DNA of 64,000 nucleotides from an uncultured Ruminococcus sp. Lineage in GTDB: Bacteria > Bacillota > Clostridia > Oscillospirales > Ruminococcaceae. A program made the position numbers and the translations under genes. Below the pieces are notes generated by a model. It worked only from the letters and a program-made list of their open reading frames with translations. It was not told the DNA's origin and ran no database searches. Positions 1 through 10,196 of this stretch are shown piece after piece. Every line of letters begins with the position of its first letter. Position 1 is the first letter of the stretch. The DNA is taken from contig UQKC01000001.1 in NCBI GenBank assembly GCA_900541495.1, positions 39,178-103,177 on the forward strand, written 5' to 3'.

Positions 1-15
1 TTTCATAAGCCCACA

Positions 16-288
16 TCAGTTAGCACTCCTTTCCCAAGGCCAAGGATCATCTGTCCAGTAAAAATGTTCATCGGAATCATTTTGACGTGCAGTCAGCGGA
101 CCATACTTTTTATTGTATGCCTCAACAGCTTTCTTTTTGCGTTCTTTTATCTCATTGAACTTTGCCAAAGCGTTTCTGTCGTTCGGGTGAGTATCAAGAA
201 ACAAATTTAAGTCATAAAGATAGAAGTCATACATCTGTATGACCTTTAAAAGATTACCTGCACACATCATTGCAGTCACCTCCATCAC
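16..288 (-). CDS. cotJB: spore coat protein CotJB
   Basis: 90-aa ORF with CotJB signatures (LFLDTHPND ... DDPWPWE); overlaps cotJA stop; bases 1-15 are probably the start of cotJC running off the window. Confidence 0.8.
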   Translation of the reverse strand: MMEVTAMMCAGNLLKVIQMYDFYLYDLNLFLDTHPNDRNALAKFNEIKERKKKAVEAYNKKYGPLTARQNDSDEHFYWTDDPWPWERSAN

Positions 289-445
289 CTAAAAACGGAA
301 AATAAAGCTCAGGAAAGACAGTTCCTTTTTCAAGAGCAATATTTTCAGGGTAGGTTTCATCATATTTTTGAAACGGAACATAGCACATTGCAAGCGGAGT
401 ATCTTCCGGGAACAAGCTTGTTTCATTTTTATAGTTTTTATCCAT
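254..445 (-). CDS. cotJA: spore coat-associated protein CotJA
   Basis: ORF with LAMCYVPFQ motif typical of CotJA; start placed at ATG 445 preceded by AGAGGAG RBS (ORF-track start at 517 lacks RBS). Confidence 0.65.
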   Translation of the reverse strand: MDKNYKNETSLFPEDTPLAMCYVPFQKYDETYPENIALEKGTVFPELYFPFLGDGGDCNDVCR

Positions 446-548
446 AGCAGCTCCTCTTTTCATTTTTAGTTTTATCACTTCCTTTTTCATTATATGAAAT
501 GAGCTGTAAATTGACATAAAAAAATATCAATAAAAATTTTATGTTCGC

Positions 549-577
549 TTGCAAATCGGCAAAAAATATTGTAAAAT
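549..577 (+). promoter_or_regulatory. sigma-A-like promoter upstream of comEA (TTGCAA -17- TGnTAAAAT)
   Basis: -35 TTGCAA 549-554, 17-nt spacer, extended -10 TGtaaaat 570-577, about 30 nt before the comEA start. Confidence 0.4.
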
Positions 578-608
578 GTAATTATAAAGGAAAAAGCGGT
601 GATATATT

Positions 609-1121
609 GTGAAAAAATCTTTTATAAAAGCTGCCGCGGCAATCGTATCCGTATTGGCATTTGTACTCGTAATATCGCTGTATGATTCAGAAAAGCTTGC
701 AGAACCGATCATTGGCTATTCCGAGGCAGTAACGCAGATACCTCTTGACAGTATGTGGAAAGAAACTGCACAAACTGAAGAAACAACACAGACTTCCGAA
801 ACTCAAACAATTACAACAGTATCGGCTCCGGAAAATACCCCGCGAATATCCGAACCTACAGAAACAGTCACAACCAAACAGCAAACTTACACATCCGAAA
901 TCTCAGAAACATCCCCAAAACTGGAACAAAACGAACTTATCAACATAAACACTGCCACTGCAGATGAATTAAAGCAGCTGAACGGCATTGGCGATGTGAT
1001 CGCCGCAAGGATAGTTGAATATGCTCAAACGATCGGTTTTAATTCGATAGAAGATATAAAGAACGTCAAGGGTATTGGCGACAAAAAATTTGATAATATA
1101 AAGGATAAGATCACTGTTTGA
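609..1121 (+). CDS. comEA: competence protein ComEA (membrane-anchored, tandem HhH DNA-binding)
   Basis: N-terminal TM helix, Thr/Glu-rich linker, C-terminal HhH motifs (LNGIGDVIAARIVEY ... VKGIGDKKF); GTG start. Confidence 0.8.
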   Translation: MKKSFIKAAAAIVSVLAFVLVISLYDSEKLAEPIIGYSEAVTQIPLDSMWKETAQTEETTQTSETQTITTVSAPENTPRISEPTETVTTKQQTYTSEISETSPKLEQNELININTATADELKQLNGIGDVIAARIVEYAQTIGFNSIEDIKNVKGIGDKKFDNIKDKITV

Positions 1122-1219
1122 GGACAGCGGTCTTATTTTTTGCTGCTTAAATATTGCAAAATATATTGAAATGTGATATAATAAAACATATATTTGTTAA
1201 TGATTGGGTGTTTTACGCA

Positions 1220-3439
1220 ATGGACGAAAACCAGGGTATAATAATAGAGGGTTCTGTCGATCAGATACTTTTTTCAAATCCGTCAAACGGATATGCTGTT
1301 GTAGGTCTTTCGACCAACGCCGGCGATATCGTTGTCACCGGTGAACTTGGAAATGTTGAAGAGGGCGAACTTCTTTCCGTTACTGGAAAATATGTGAATC
1401 ACCCACGCTATGGAACACAGTTCAGCGCCGAAATTTGCGAAAGAAAGCTTCCCGAAACTTCCGCGGCGATACTAAAATATCTTTCATCAGGCGTAATAAA
1501 AGGCATTGGTCCTACACTCGCAAAGAGAATAGTTGAAAAATTCGGCGATAACACCCTTGATATTTTTGAAAATGACCCCGAACGACTTAAAGAAGTAAAA
1601 GGCTTTACTCCGCAGAAAGCCGAGGAAGCGGCTATTGAATTCAAACGAATATATGGCATAAGAACACTTATGATCTTTCTGTCACAATATGGCATAAGTC
1701 CGTCATTTGCTGTAAAAGCTTGGAAAAGGTGGGGACAATATGCTGTCGATGTTATAAAGGAAAACCCTTATGTGCTTTGTGAACAGGGGATAGAACTTGA
1801 TTTTGTCAAGGCAGAAAAAATTGCCGGGGAAATGAAAATACCGTCCGACAGCGAGGGCAGAGTGAAAGCAGGAATGTTCTATATCCTTACCGAGAATACA
1901 TATCTCGGGCACACTTGTCTGCCATACCAACACCTTGTTGAAACGACCGCCAAATACCTCAACGTCACAGAAGAGCTTATTGATAAAGTTATTGATGAGG
2001 AAATCGATGAAAACCGCCTTGCTTTATACACCAGCCGCAGGCAGAACCGCGATTATATCTATATATATGAATATTACAACGCCGAAACTTATATTGCAGG
2101 CAGATTGAATGTCCTCAACTCATTTATGAAAGATACGGAATATGATTATTCCAAGATGATAGAGCTTGAAGAAAAGTCAAAAAATATCGTTTATGCAGAG
2201 CAGCAAAAAAAAGCGATCTCGCTTGCACTTTCCAAAGGCTTCATTGTCCTGACGGGTGGACCGGGAACGGGAAAAACCACAACTCTCAAAGCTATAATCT
2301 CGCTGTATGAACAGCGTGGAATGAAAGTCCAGATCGCCGCGCCAACGGGAAAAGCCGCAAAGCGAATTTCTGACCTTACTGGATACGAAGCAAAAACGAT
2401 ACACCGTCTTTTGGAAGTTTCATTCGATAATTCGGGCAAGCTTCGTTTCAAACATAATGAAACAGAGCCGCTTGCCTGCGATGTTATGATAATCGATGAA
2501 ATGTCAATGGTGGACTGCCTTTTATTCGAGTCACTGCTCCGCGCGCTAAAGCTTTCGTGCAGGCTTATTATGGTAGGCGACTGCGACCAGTTACCGTCTG
2601 TCGGTGCAGGAAATCTGCTCAAAGATATGATTGAAAGCGGTGTTCTTTCCGTTGTACAGCTCAACGAAATTTTCCGCCAAGCACAGCAAAGCGCTATCGT
2701 TATGAATGCTCACCGCATCGTTAAAGGCGAAAACATCGACCTTACACGAACTGACAATGACTTTTTCTTTATACAAAAGCTTGATTATCAGGAAGCAGCC
2801 GAAACGGTCGTGCAGCTTTGCACGGAACGTCTTCCGAAAGCTTATAATTATTCACCGACCGATGATATTCAGGTGCTTTGCCCATCGCGAAAAGGTGTTC
2901 TCGGCGTGGTTGAGCTGAACAATGCATTGCAGTTCGCAATAAATCCGCCTGAACGAGGCAAAAATGAGATAAAAGGTATGAACTACACCTTCCGCGAACA
3001 TGATAAAGTAATGCAGATAAAAAATAATTACGATATAATATGGAAAAAGGAAAGTGAAAACGGCTCGGGTATCTTTAACGGTGATATCGGCACTATTGTA
3101 AAAATATCCAAGCGAGAATTAAAATTAGTAATCGATTTTGACGGAAGAATAGTTTCATACTCAACAGAAATGCTTGACCAGCTTGAACTTGCTTATGCTG
3201 TGACCGTACATAAAAGTCAGGGCAGTGAGTTTAATGCAGTCATTCTTCCGCTGCTTGGAAATTTTGAGAAGCTATATTTCCGAAATCTTCTTTATACTGC
3301 AGTTACAAGAGCCAAAAAGATGCTTATAATCGTTGGTTCAAAGCGAACAGTCGAATTTATGATTGCAAACAACAGACGTACAATGCGCTATAGCTGTTTG
3401 CGCGAAATGCTTGACAAGGAGATGGATTTTGGTGTTTGA
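1220..3439 (+). CDS. recD2: RecD2-like SF1B ATP-dependent DNA helicase (YrrC family)
   Basis: Walker A GGPGTGKTT, SF1 motifs (DEMSMVD, VGDCDQLPSVGAG, TVHKSQGSEF); N-terminal OB/HhH region; start set at ATG 1220 (the ORF opens at 1154). Confidence 0.8.
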   Translation: MDENQGIIIEGSVDQILFSNPSNGYAVVGLSTNAGDIVVTGELGNVEEGELLSVTGKYVNHPRYGTQFSAEICERKLPETSAAILKYLSSGVIKGIGPTLAKRIVEKFGDNTLDIFENDPERLKEVKGFTPQKAEEAAIEFKRIYGIRTLMIFLSQYGISPSFAVKAWKRWGQYAVDVIKENPYVLCEQGIELDFVKAEKIAGEMKIPSDSEGRVKAGMFYILTENTYLGHTCLPYQHLVETTAKYLNVTEELIDKVIDEEIDENRLALYTSRRQNRDYIYIYEYYNAETYIAGRLNVLNSFMKDTEYDYSKMIELEEKSKNIVYAEQQKKAISLALSKGFIVLTGGPGTGKTTTLKAIISLYEQRGMKVQIAAPTGKAAKRISDLTGYEAKTIHRLLEVSFDNSGKLRFKHNETEPLACDVMIIDEMSMVDCLLFESLLRALKLSCRLIMVGDCDQLPSVGAGNLLKDMIESGVLSVVQLNEIFRQAQQSAIVMNAHRIVKGENIDLTRTDNDFFFIQKLDYQEAAETVVQLCTERLPKAYNYSPTDDIQVLCPSRKGVLGVVELNNALQFAINPPERGKNEIKGMNYTFREHDKVMQIKNNYDIIWKKESENGSGIFNGDIGTIVKISKRELKLVIDFDGRIVSYSTEMLDQLELAYAVTVHKSQGSEFNAVILPLLGNFEKLYFRNLLYTAVTRAKKMLIIVGSKRTVEFMIANNRRTMRYSCLREMLDKEMDFGV

Positions 3440-4133
3440 TATCAAAAATGTCAAGGCATTTACTCTTGATCTGATATTTCCGAACCGATGTCCGCTCTGC
3501 GGAGAGGTCATCAACTGGAAATACGAATACTGTCAAGGCTGTTTTGAAGAACTTCCGTACACAGGTGAAGAATTCTGCCGCGGCTGCGGTAATATATCAA
3601 GCAGTTGTATATGTCACAGAAATGAAAACCTCTTTTCACGATGTTATGCTGCGTTTTATTATTTGGACAGTGCAAAAGGCGGAGTTGTTTATCTGAAGAA
3701 CACTAAGAATGATGTTTTTCCAAGGCTATTCGCCGAAAAAATAAAGTCTGATATCGAAACAGATTCTTATGAATTCAAAGCTGACTGCATAGTTCCCGTT
3801 CCAATGTCCAAAACAAAACTTCGCAAACGCGGATTTAACCAAGCGGAAGTTCTTGCCGACGCGTTGGGGCAGCAGCTCAACATACCTATTTACGGAAATG
3901 CACTTACAAAAAGCATTTCTTTTGTTGCTCAGCATAAGCTATCCGCATCTCGCAGAAAAACTAATGCCGCACACTTGTATTCAGCAGGTGAGAATATAGA
4001 TATCAAAGGCAAAACAGTTATAATAGTTGATGATGTTATGACTACCGGTTCAACGATAAACTCCTGCGCCGAAATTCTTCTTGAAATGGGTGCAAAAGAG
4101 ATAATCGCAGCGGTTGCCGCTTCAACTATCTAA
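3432..4133 (+). CDS. comFC: ComF family protein (ComFC-like, PRTase fold with N-terminal Zn finger)
   Basis: CPLCGE...C..C zinc finger plus PRTase motif VIIVDDVMTTGST; in-frame GTG at 3432 just upstream of the recD2 stop (3437-3439); start uncertain. Confidence 0.7.
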   Translation: MFDIKNVKAFTLDLIFPNRCPLCGEVINWKYEYCQGCFEELPYTGEEFCRGCGNISSSCICHRNENLFSRCYAAFYYLDSAKGGVVYLKNTKNDVFPRLFAEKIKSDIETDSYEFKADCIVPVPMSKTKLRKRGFNQAEVLADALGQQLNIPIYGNALTKSISFVAQHKLSASRRKTNAAHLYSAGENIDIKGKTVIIVDDVMTTGSTINSCAEILLEMGAKEIIAAVAASTI

Positions 4134-4169
4134 TTAAGAATACTATAATCCCGAAAGGAATGACATATA

Positions 4170-5174
4170 ATGGATATTGGAATTGATTTAGGAACTGCAA
4201 ATGTTATTATTACAATGGGAAACAGCGGTATTGTACTCAATGAGGCTTCTATCGTTGCTTTCAACACGAAAACTGAAAAGGTAATTGCAGTAGGTACGGA
4301 AGCATATAAAATGCTCGGCAAAGCGCCCGAACACATTCTTGTTGTTCAACCGCTTTCTGACGGCGTTATCTCTGACCATAAAATGACAGAATATATGGTA
4401 ACTGCTTTTATTGAAAAAATAACGGGACAAAAGCTCCTTATGCCTAACATCGTAATGTGTGTTCCGTCTTCAATAACAGATGTTGAGAGCAGGGCAGTTG
4501 TTGAAGCTGCAAAAGTTGCAGGTGCGAAGAAAGTATATCTACTTGAAGAGCCGATTGCAGCACTTCTTGGTGCAGGAGTTGACATTTCAGCACCAAATGG
4601 AAATATGGTCGTTGACATCGGTGGAGGAACAACTGATATAGCGATAATCTCTCTTAACGGAATCGTTGCAAAAGCATCGATAAAAGTTGCAGGAAACAAA
4701 TTCGACAAGGAGATCGTAAAATACATCAGCAACCGCTACCGTGTTCTCATTGGTGAGAAGACAGCCGAAATGGCAAAGATATCCGCTGCAAATGTTTTTG
4801 ATCCCGATGGAAGCAAAACGATAGTTGTAAAGGGCAGACATCTTATCAGAGGACTTCCCGAATGTATTCAGATATCAGATTATGATATATACGAAGCGAT
4901 CATTGACAGCATAAATGAGATCGTCGCAAACATTAAATCTGTATTTGAAAACACTCCGCCTGAGCTTGTCGGAGATATTTATAAAAACGGAATTTATCTT
5001 ACGGGTGGCGGTGCACTTATAAATGGACTTGACAAGCTGATTTCAAGTGAAATAAAAGTACCATGTATCGTTGCAGACGATCCACTTTCCTGTGTTGCAA
5101 AGGGAGCACAGCTTTCATTCAAGTATCTCGATAAACTTCTTGACGGTTTCCAAAACGTTTCACTTTATAAATAA
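4170..5174 (+). CDS. mreB: MreB/Mbl family actin-like cell-shape protein
   Basis: MDIGIDLGTANV start, actin-fold phosphate-1/2 motifs (DIGGGTTDIAI); RBS AAAGGAA. Confidence 0.8.
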   Translation: MDIGIDLGTANVIITMGNSGIVLNEASIVAFNTKTEKVIAVGTEAYKMLGKAPEHILVVQPLSDGVISDHKMTEYMVTAFIEKITGQKLLMPNIVMCVPSSITDVESRAVVEAAKVAGAKKVYLLEEPIAALLGAGVDISAPNGNMVVDIGGGTTDIAIISLNGIVAKASIKVAGNKFDKEIVKYISNRYRVLIGEKTAEMAKISAANVFDPDGSKTIVVKGRHLIRGLPECIQISDYDIYEAIIDSINEIVANIKSVFENTPPELVGDIYKNGIYLTGGGALINGLDKLISSEIKVPCIVADDPLSCVAKGAQLSFKYLDKLLDGFQNVSLYK

Positions 5175-5180
5175 TAATAT

Positions 5181-5222
5181 AAAAGAAAAAATCCCGATTT
5201 CGTTTGAAATCGGGATTTTTTG
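5181..5222. terminator. bidirectional rho-independent terminator between mreB and oadB
   Basis: aaaaaatcccgatttcgtttgaaatcgggatttttt hairpin with T/A runs on both sides. Confidence 0.6.
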
Positions 5223-5232
5223 ATACCATAAA

Positions 5233-6429
5233 TCAATAAGGAATAATGCTGAGGAGAACGCCTGCTGCAACAGCAGAACCGATAACACCTGCAACATTCG
5301 GACCCATAGCGTGCATAAGGAGGAAGTTCTTTGGATTTTCTTCCTGACCAACCTTCTGAGATACACGGGCAGCCATAGGAACTGCGGATACACCTGCAGA
5401 ACCGATAAGAGGATTAACTTTACCCTTTGTAACAAGATACATAAGCTTACCAAAAAGAACACCGGCAGCAGTACCAATGCTGAATGCGATAACGCCGAGA
5501 ATGATAACCTTAAGGAACTTAGCATTAACGATCTTATCAGCAGTTGTTGTAGCACCAACGGAAACACCGAGGAAGATAGTAATGATATTCATAAGTTCAT
5601 TCTGTGCAGTCTTGCAAAGTCTGTCGCAAACGCCGCTTTCCTTGATAAGGTTACCAAGCATAAGCATACCTACGAGAGGAGCTGCGGAAGGAACGAGGAG
5701 TGCAATAACTATTGTTACAGCGATAGGGAAGATGATCTTCTCTGTCTTGGAAACCTGTCTGAGCTGTGTCATAACAACAGCACGCTCTTTCTTGGTTGTA
5801 AGAGCTCTCATTATTGGAGGCTGAATGATAGGAACAAGCGCCATATAGGTATAAGCTGCAAGTGCGATCGTACCTGTATCAATATCAAATCCACCGCTTC
5901 GGAGAAGTTTACTTGAAACGAAGATAGCAGTAGGACCGTCTGCGCCGCCGATGATAGCGATAGAACCGGCTTCCTGAGGTGAGAATCCAAGCCAAGCAGC
6001 GCCCAAGAATGTGAGGAAGATACCTGCCTGAGCAGCAGCACCGAGAAGGAAGCTCTTAGGATTTGCAATAAGAGGAGCAAAGTCAGTCATACATCCGATT
6101 CCGAGGAATATGAGAGGAGGATAGATCTGAAGCTTTACGCCCAAATACAGCAAGTCGAGCAAACCGCCGTTATGTAATATCTCACCGAAATCAAGCTGAC
6201 GACCGCCGCTGATATCAAAAAGCTCAGGGTGATACATTTCTGTGAGCGGAAGGTTTGTAAGAAGCATACCGAAAGCAATAGGCAAAAGAAGAAGCGGTTC
6301 AAACTGATGCTTGATTGCAAGGTACAGGAACACGAAAGAGATCAGGATCATTATAACAGACGGGAATGTCATATTGACAATACCCGAGGTGTCGATCAGT
6401 CCCTTAATGGATTGAATAAAAGTTTCCAT
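5233..6429 (-). CDS. oadB: Na+-translocating decarboxylase beta subunit (OadB/GcdB/MmdB family)
   Basis: 398-aa polytopic membrane protein with family-typical conserved stretches. Confidence 0.8.
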   Translation of the reverse strand: METFIQSIKGLIDTSGIVNMTFPSVIMILISFVFLYLAIKHQFEPLLLLPIAFGMLLTNLPLTEMYHPELFDISGGRQLDFGEILHNGGLLDLLYLGVKLQIYPPLIFLGIGCMTDFAPLIANPKSFLLGAAAQAGIFLTFLGAAWLGFSPQEAGSIAIIGGADGPTAIFVSSKLLRSGGFDIDTGTIALAAYTYMALVPIIQPPIMRALTTKKERAVVMTQLRQVSKTEKIIFPIAVTIVIALLVPSAAPLVGMLMLGNLIKESGVCDRLCKTAQNELMNIITIFLGVSVGATTTADKIVNAKFLKVIILGVIAFSIGTAAGVLFGKLMYLVTKGKVNPLIGSAGVSAVPMAARVSQKVGQEENPKNFLLMHAMGPNVAGVIGSAVAAGVLLSIIPY

Positions 6430-6449
6430 CTTTGGTTTTTACCTTTCTA

Positions 6450-6824
6450 TTAGAATACTCGGGTACTTTCAGCGATACCCTGTGAGCCCCAAGCACTTCT
6501 GCGTGATGTCTTGGGAGAAGCTTTTCTTACACTTTTGATTGCAAAATTTCCTGACATTGAAGCAACGGCTGCGGCAATAACAGCAACTATCTCATCACTG
6601 ATGCCGTCCTCGATCTGCATTGCGGGAGCAGAAGCCTGAGGAGCTTTGACTGCAACAGCTTCGGTCTTTTTGCCGCTGTCATTTTTCTTATCTTTATTGC
6701 CTTTGAAAGCATCAAAGATCTTACCCATTACCCAAACGAATGCAATAAGAATGACAAGTGCAATAAATACAACGATAAGACCTGTCAGTACAACTGCAGC
6801 TACATAAGAGCCTTCCATTTGCAT
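6450..6824 (-). CDS. OadG-like small subunit of Na+-pump decarboxylase
   Basis: 124 aa, single N-terminal TM then Ala/Pro-rich tail; sits immediately upstream of the beta subunit. Confidence 0.5.
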   Translation of the reverse strand: MQMEGSYVAAVVLTGLIVVFIALVILIAFVWVMGKIFDAFKGNKDKKNDSGKKTEAVAVKAPQASAPAMQIEDGISDEIVAVIAAAVASMSGNFAIKSVRKASPKTSRRSAWGSQGIAESTRVF

Positions 6825-7069
6825 AATTCCACATCTCCTTTAAAAAAAATATCTATATTATTATAACCTATTTCCGACAATAAAGCAAGATTTTTATGGC
6901 TAAAAAAATAACAAACTTTTATGTGTTTTTCTGTGAATTATCTATTAATTCCACTACATTTGCTCAAATAATCGATTAAGAAAATATTAATCAAATATTG
7001 TATGCTTTTTTACTATTATTTGATCGATATGTGCTATAATTATATTAATTTTTGAATGGAGGCAGAACA

Positions 7070-7975
7070 ATGACCCCTTTTTTAATATCACAGCTTGAAT
7101 CACAGATCGAATCCGCAGTACCTGATATCTCTGACTATGTTGAAGACGGCGTTATCAAGGTTTCTTTCTTTTCAAAGCTATGGTCAAACTTCATTGAATA
7201 TCTTCCCACGCTTATAGCCGCAATTATTGTTTACATAATCTGCACTATAATCAACAAGATCATCATGAAGCTTCTTTCCAAGGGCTTGAATCGCAGCCGT
7301 ATCGACTCAACGGTACATGGCTTTTTGAAATCACTTGTAAAAGTTGTACTTTTATGCATAACAATTATAATTGTACTTACGATACTTCGTGTACCTATGA
7401 CTTCGATCATTACAGTTGTTGGTTCAGCTGGAATCGCTATCGGTCTTGCTCTCCAAAGCAGCCTTTCAAACATCGCAGGCGGGGTTATCGTTCTTGTTGA
7501 AAAGAACTTCCGTGTCGGTGACTATATTTCAATAAACGGAACAGAAGGCACTGTCAAGGAAATATCCGTTTTTGCTACAAATATCGTTTCTTACGACAAT
7601 AAATCTATTTTTGTTCCGAATGGCATAGTTTCCAATGCAACCATAATCAACTACACAAGAGAAAAAACACGCCGCGTTGAACACGTTATGTCGATATCAT
7701 ATAATAACGACACTAAAAAAGCAATTTCGGTTATTTCCGATGTTTTGAAAAATAACAGCAAGGTGCTCGAGACTCCTGAACCATTTGTAAGAATATGTGC
7801 GTTCGCAGCAAGTTCTATCGACATCTCTGTCAAAGCTTGGGTAAACTCTGAGGACTATTGGACCGTTTATTTTGACCTTTTGGAAGAGATAAAAGATGCA
7901 TTTGACAAAAATGACATCGTTATTCCTTACAATCAGCTCGATGTTCACATGATAAATAACGAAATTCAGCAGTAA
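7070..7975 (+). CDS. MscS family mechanosensitive ion channel
   Basis: TM3/beta-domain signature (GIAIGLALQSSLSNIAGGVIVLVEKNFRVGDYI); start at ATG 7070 after GGAGG RBS. Confidence 0.8.
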   Translation: MTPFLISQLESQIESAVPDISDYVEDGVIKVSFFSKLWSNFIEYLPTLIAAIIVYIICTIINKIIMKLLSKGLNRSRIDSTVHGFLKSLVKVVLLCITIIIVLTILRVPMTSIITVVGSAGIAIGLALQSSLSNIAGGVIVLVEKNFRVGDYISINGTEGTVKEISVFATNIVSYDNKSIFVPNGIVSNATIINYTREKTRRVEHVMSISYNNDTKKAISVISDVLKNNSKVLETPEPFVRICAFAASSIDISVKAWVNSEDYWTVYFDLLEEIKDAFDKNDIVIPYNQLDVHMINNEIQQ

Positions 7976-8048
7976 AGCTCAATTACTTCACAGTTAAATC
8001 AAAACAATAAAAGCCGTTCCGATGAAAAAATCAGAACGGCTTAAATTA

Positions 8049-8810
8049 TTATGCTTTGTTATCGATAAGCTGAGACATATCATACATTCCCGCTGTTTTA
8101 TCACTGATAAAAACAGCTGCATTTACAGAGCCGACAGCAAAAACCTCCTTTGAAGAAGCGTGGTGAGAAAGTGTGATAACCTCATCTCTGCCCGAGAATA
8201 TAATATCATGCTCACCAACGATCGTACCGCCTCTGATAGAGTGGATACCGATCTCATTCTTATCTCTCTTCTTGCGCTGTGAATGTCTGTCATAAACATA
8301 GTGACAGCGGTCGTTGAGCGTATCATTGATAGCGTTTGCAAGCATTATAGCTGTTCCGCTCGGAGCATCTATCTTCTGATTATGATGCTTTTCAACGATC
8401 TCAATATCAAACTGATCTCCGAGAATTTCAGCAGCCGTCTTTGCAAGCTTTGTCAAAAGGTTGATTCCAAGCGACATATTGAATGTAAAGAAAACAGGTA
8501 TCTGCTCGGAAGCTTTCTTGATTTTCGCTGTCTGTTCCTCGTTGTAGCCCGTTGTGGCAATAACAATAGGAATTCCTGTTGAAAGGCAGTAATCAAGCAG
8601 CTTATCAAGAGCTGACGGGTGGGAAAAATCAATGATAACGTCAGGCTTTTCGTTCAATTCAGCAGGGGAAGATACGATAGGGAAGTCAGCGTAGGTTTCG
8701 GTATTGATATCGATGCCTGCGATAGTTTTGCAGTCATCTCTTTCCGAAATAACAGAGCTGATGACTTTTCCCATGTGTCCGTTCGCGCCGCTTATAGCAA
8801 TTTTTATCAT
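8049..8810 (-). CDS. dapB: 4-hydroxy-tetrahydrodipicolinate reductase
   Basis: MIKIAISGANGHMGK Rossmann N-terminus, DapB length and conserved C-terminus. Confidence 0.9.
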   Translation of the reverse strand: MIKIAISGANGHMGKVISSVISERDDCKTIAGIDINTETYADFPIVSSPAELNEKPDVIIDFSHPSALDKLLDYCLSTGIPIVIATTGYNEEQTAKIKKASEQIPVFFTFNMSLGINLLTKLAKTAAEILGDQFDIEIVEKHHNQKIDAPSGTAIMLANAINDTLNDRCHYVYDRHSQRKKRDKNEIGIHSIRGGTIVGEHDIIFSGRDEVITLSHHASSKEVFAVGSVNAAVFISDKTAGMYDMSQLIDNKA

Positions 8811-8830
8811 TTTTTCACTTCCTAACAGAT

Positions 8831-9721
8831 TTACTTAACAAGTCCGACCTTTTTCATAGAGTTTGTGAGAAGATCAATCTTAGCCTGCTCCATTTTAAGA
8901 AGCGGAAGTCTGCATTCGCCAACATTCATTCCGAGAATGTTCATAGCTTCCTTTACAGGAATAGGATTTACATCGCAGAAAAGGTTGTTGATAAATTCAA
9001 GATACTTGATCTGAAGCTTTGCTGCAGAAGCAAAATCATTCTTGAGGCAGTATTCAGTCATTTCGTGTGTTTCCTTGGGGAGAACGTTAGAAAGAACGCT
9101 GATTACACCCTTGCCGCCGAGTGACATTATCGGAACGATCTGGTCGTCATTGCCGCTGTAAACATCAAGCTTATCGCCGCAAGCTTCAATGAGCTTTGCA
9201 ACAGCAGAAATGCTTCCGCTTGCTTCCTTTGCAGCAACGATGTTCTTGTGTTCAGCAAGCTTAATATATGTATCAAGAGCAATGTTTACACCTGTTCTTG
9301 AAGGAACATTATAAAGAATGATAGGGAGGTTCACACTGTCAGCAATTGCTGTAAAGTGCGCAACCAGTCCACGCTGTGAAGTCTTATTATAGTAAGGTGT
9401 AACAACGAGAAGTCCGTCAGCGCCAAGTCTTTCAGCTTCGCGGGAAAGTGCGATAGCATAGCTTGTATCGTTGCTGCCTGTTCCTGCAATAACGGGAACT
9501 CTCTTGTTAACGTGTTCTATGCAGCGCTTGATACATTCAACGTGTTCTTCATGGTTAAGAGTCGCAGATTCACCTGTTGTTCCGCAGATAATAATTGCAT
9601 CTGTGCCGTTTTCGATCTGATAATCGATATTTGCACAGAGCTGATCATAATTAACACTTCCGTCAGCGTTCATCGGGGTAACGATAGCAACGCCTGCACC
9701 TGTAAAAATAGTGTTTTTCAT
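8831..9721 (-). CDS. dapA: 4-hydroxy-tetrahydrodipicolinate synthase
   Basis: GTTGES motif, TIM-barrel lyase family, 296 aa. Confidence 0.9.
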   Translation of the reverse strand: MKNTIFTGAGVAIVTPMNADGSVNYDQLCANIDYQIENGTDAIIICGTTGESATLNHEEHVECIKRCIEHVNKRVPVIAGTGSNDTSYAIALSREAERLGADGLLVVTPYYNKTSQRGLVAHFTAIADSVNLPIILYNVPSRTGVNIALDTYIKLAEHKNIVAAKEASGSISAVAKLIEACGDKLDVYSGNDDQIVPIMSLGGKGVISVLSNVLPKETHEMTEYCLKNDFASAAKLQIKYLEFINNLFCDVNPIPVKEAMNILGMNVGECRLPLLKMEQAKIDLLTNSMKKVGLVK

Positions 9722-9740
9722 ATTAGGCTCCTTTTATGGT

Positions 9741-10196
9741 TTAAAGGTTTATTGTATATGTAAGCCATTCATCTGAATTGCATTTTCCGCCAAGCTCTTC
9801 ATAGAATTTCTGAGCAGAGGTATTCCAGTTCAGACAGTTCCATTCCAAGCGTGAGCAATGTTGTTCTTTTCCTATCTCTTTTATTCTATCAAACATCATT
9901 TTCCCTACACCGCATCTTCTGTATTCGGGATCAATAAAAATATCCTCAATATAAAGTACGCGTTTGCCCGAAAAAGTTGCTATTTTATAGAAATAATAGG
10001 ACATAACTCCGATAGGAACGCCATTATTCTCGGCGATCAATGCATTCAGACCGTTTTCTTCGTTCAATAAGCCACAGATCTGTGACTCGGTGACATTGCA
10101 GTATTCAGAAAGTTTTTCAAATTCCGCAAGCTTTTTAAGATATGCAGCAATAGTCGCCGAATCCGATCCTGTTGCTTTTCTTAACGAAAGATCCAT
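9741..10196 (-). CDS. GNAT family N-acetyltransferase
   Basis: 151 aa with acetyl-CoA motif (RRCGVGKMMF); embedded in the asd-dap operon. Confidence 0.7.
   Translation of the reverse strand: MDLSLRKATGSDSATIAAYLKKLAEFEKLSEYCNVTESQICGLLNEENGLNALIAENNGVPIGVMSYYFYKIATFSGKRVLYIEDIFIDPEYRRCGVGKMMFDRIKEIGKEQHCSRLEWNCLNWNTSAQKFYEELGGKCNSDEWLTYTINL

Noticed and set aside
1-15. Start of cotJC at the window edge
   Set aside because: Only the ATG AAA of a minus-strand ORF following cotJB is visible (bases 1-6); too little sequence to call as a feature.
687-948. ORFs 687..884(-) and 745..948(+) inside comEA
   Set aside because: Embedded in or antisense to the well-supported comEA frame, low-complexity translations (Thr/Gln-rich linker artefacts), no RBS.
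5311-5916. 201-aa and 115-aa plus-strand ORFs antisense to oadB
   Set aside because: Fully overlapped by the conserved OadB membrane-protein frame on the other strand; Cys/Asn-rich nonsense composition.
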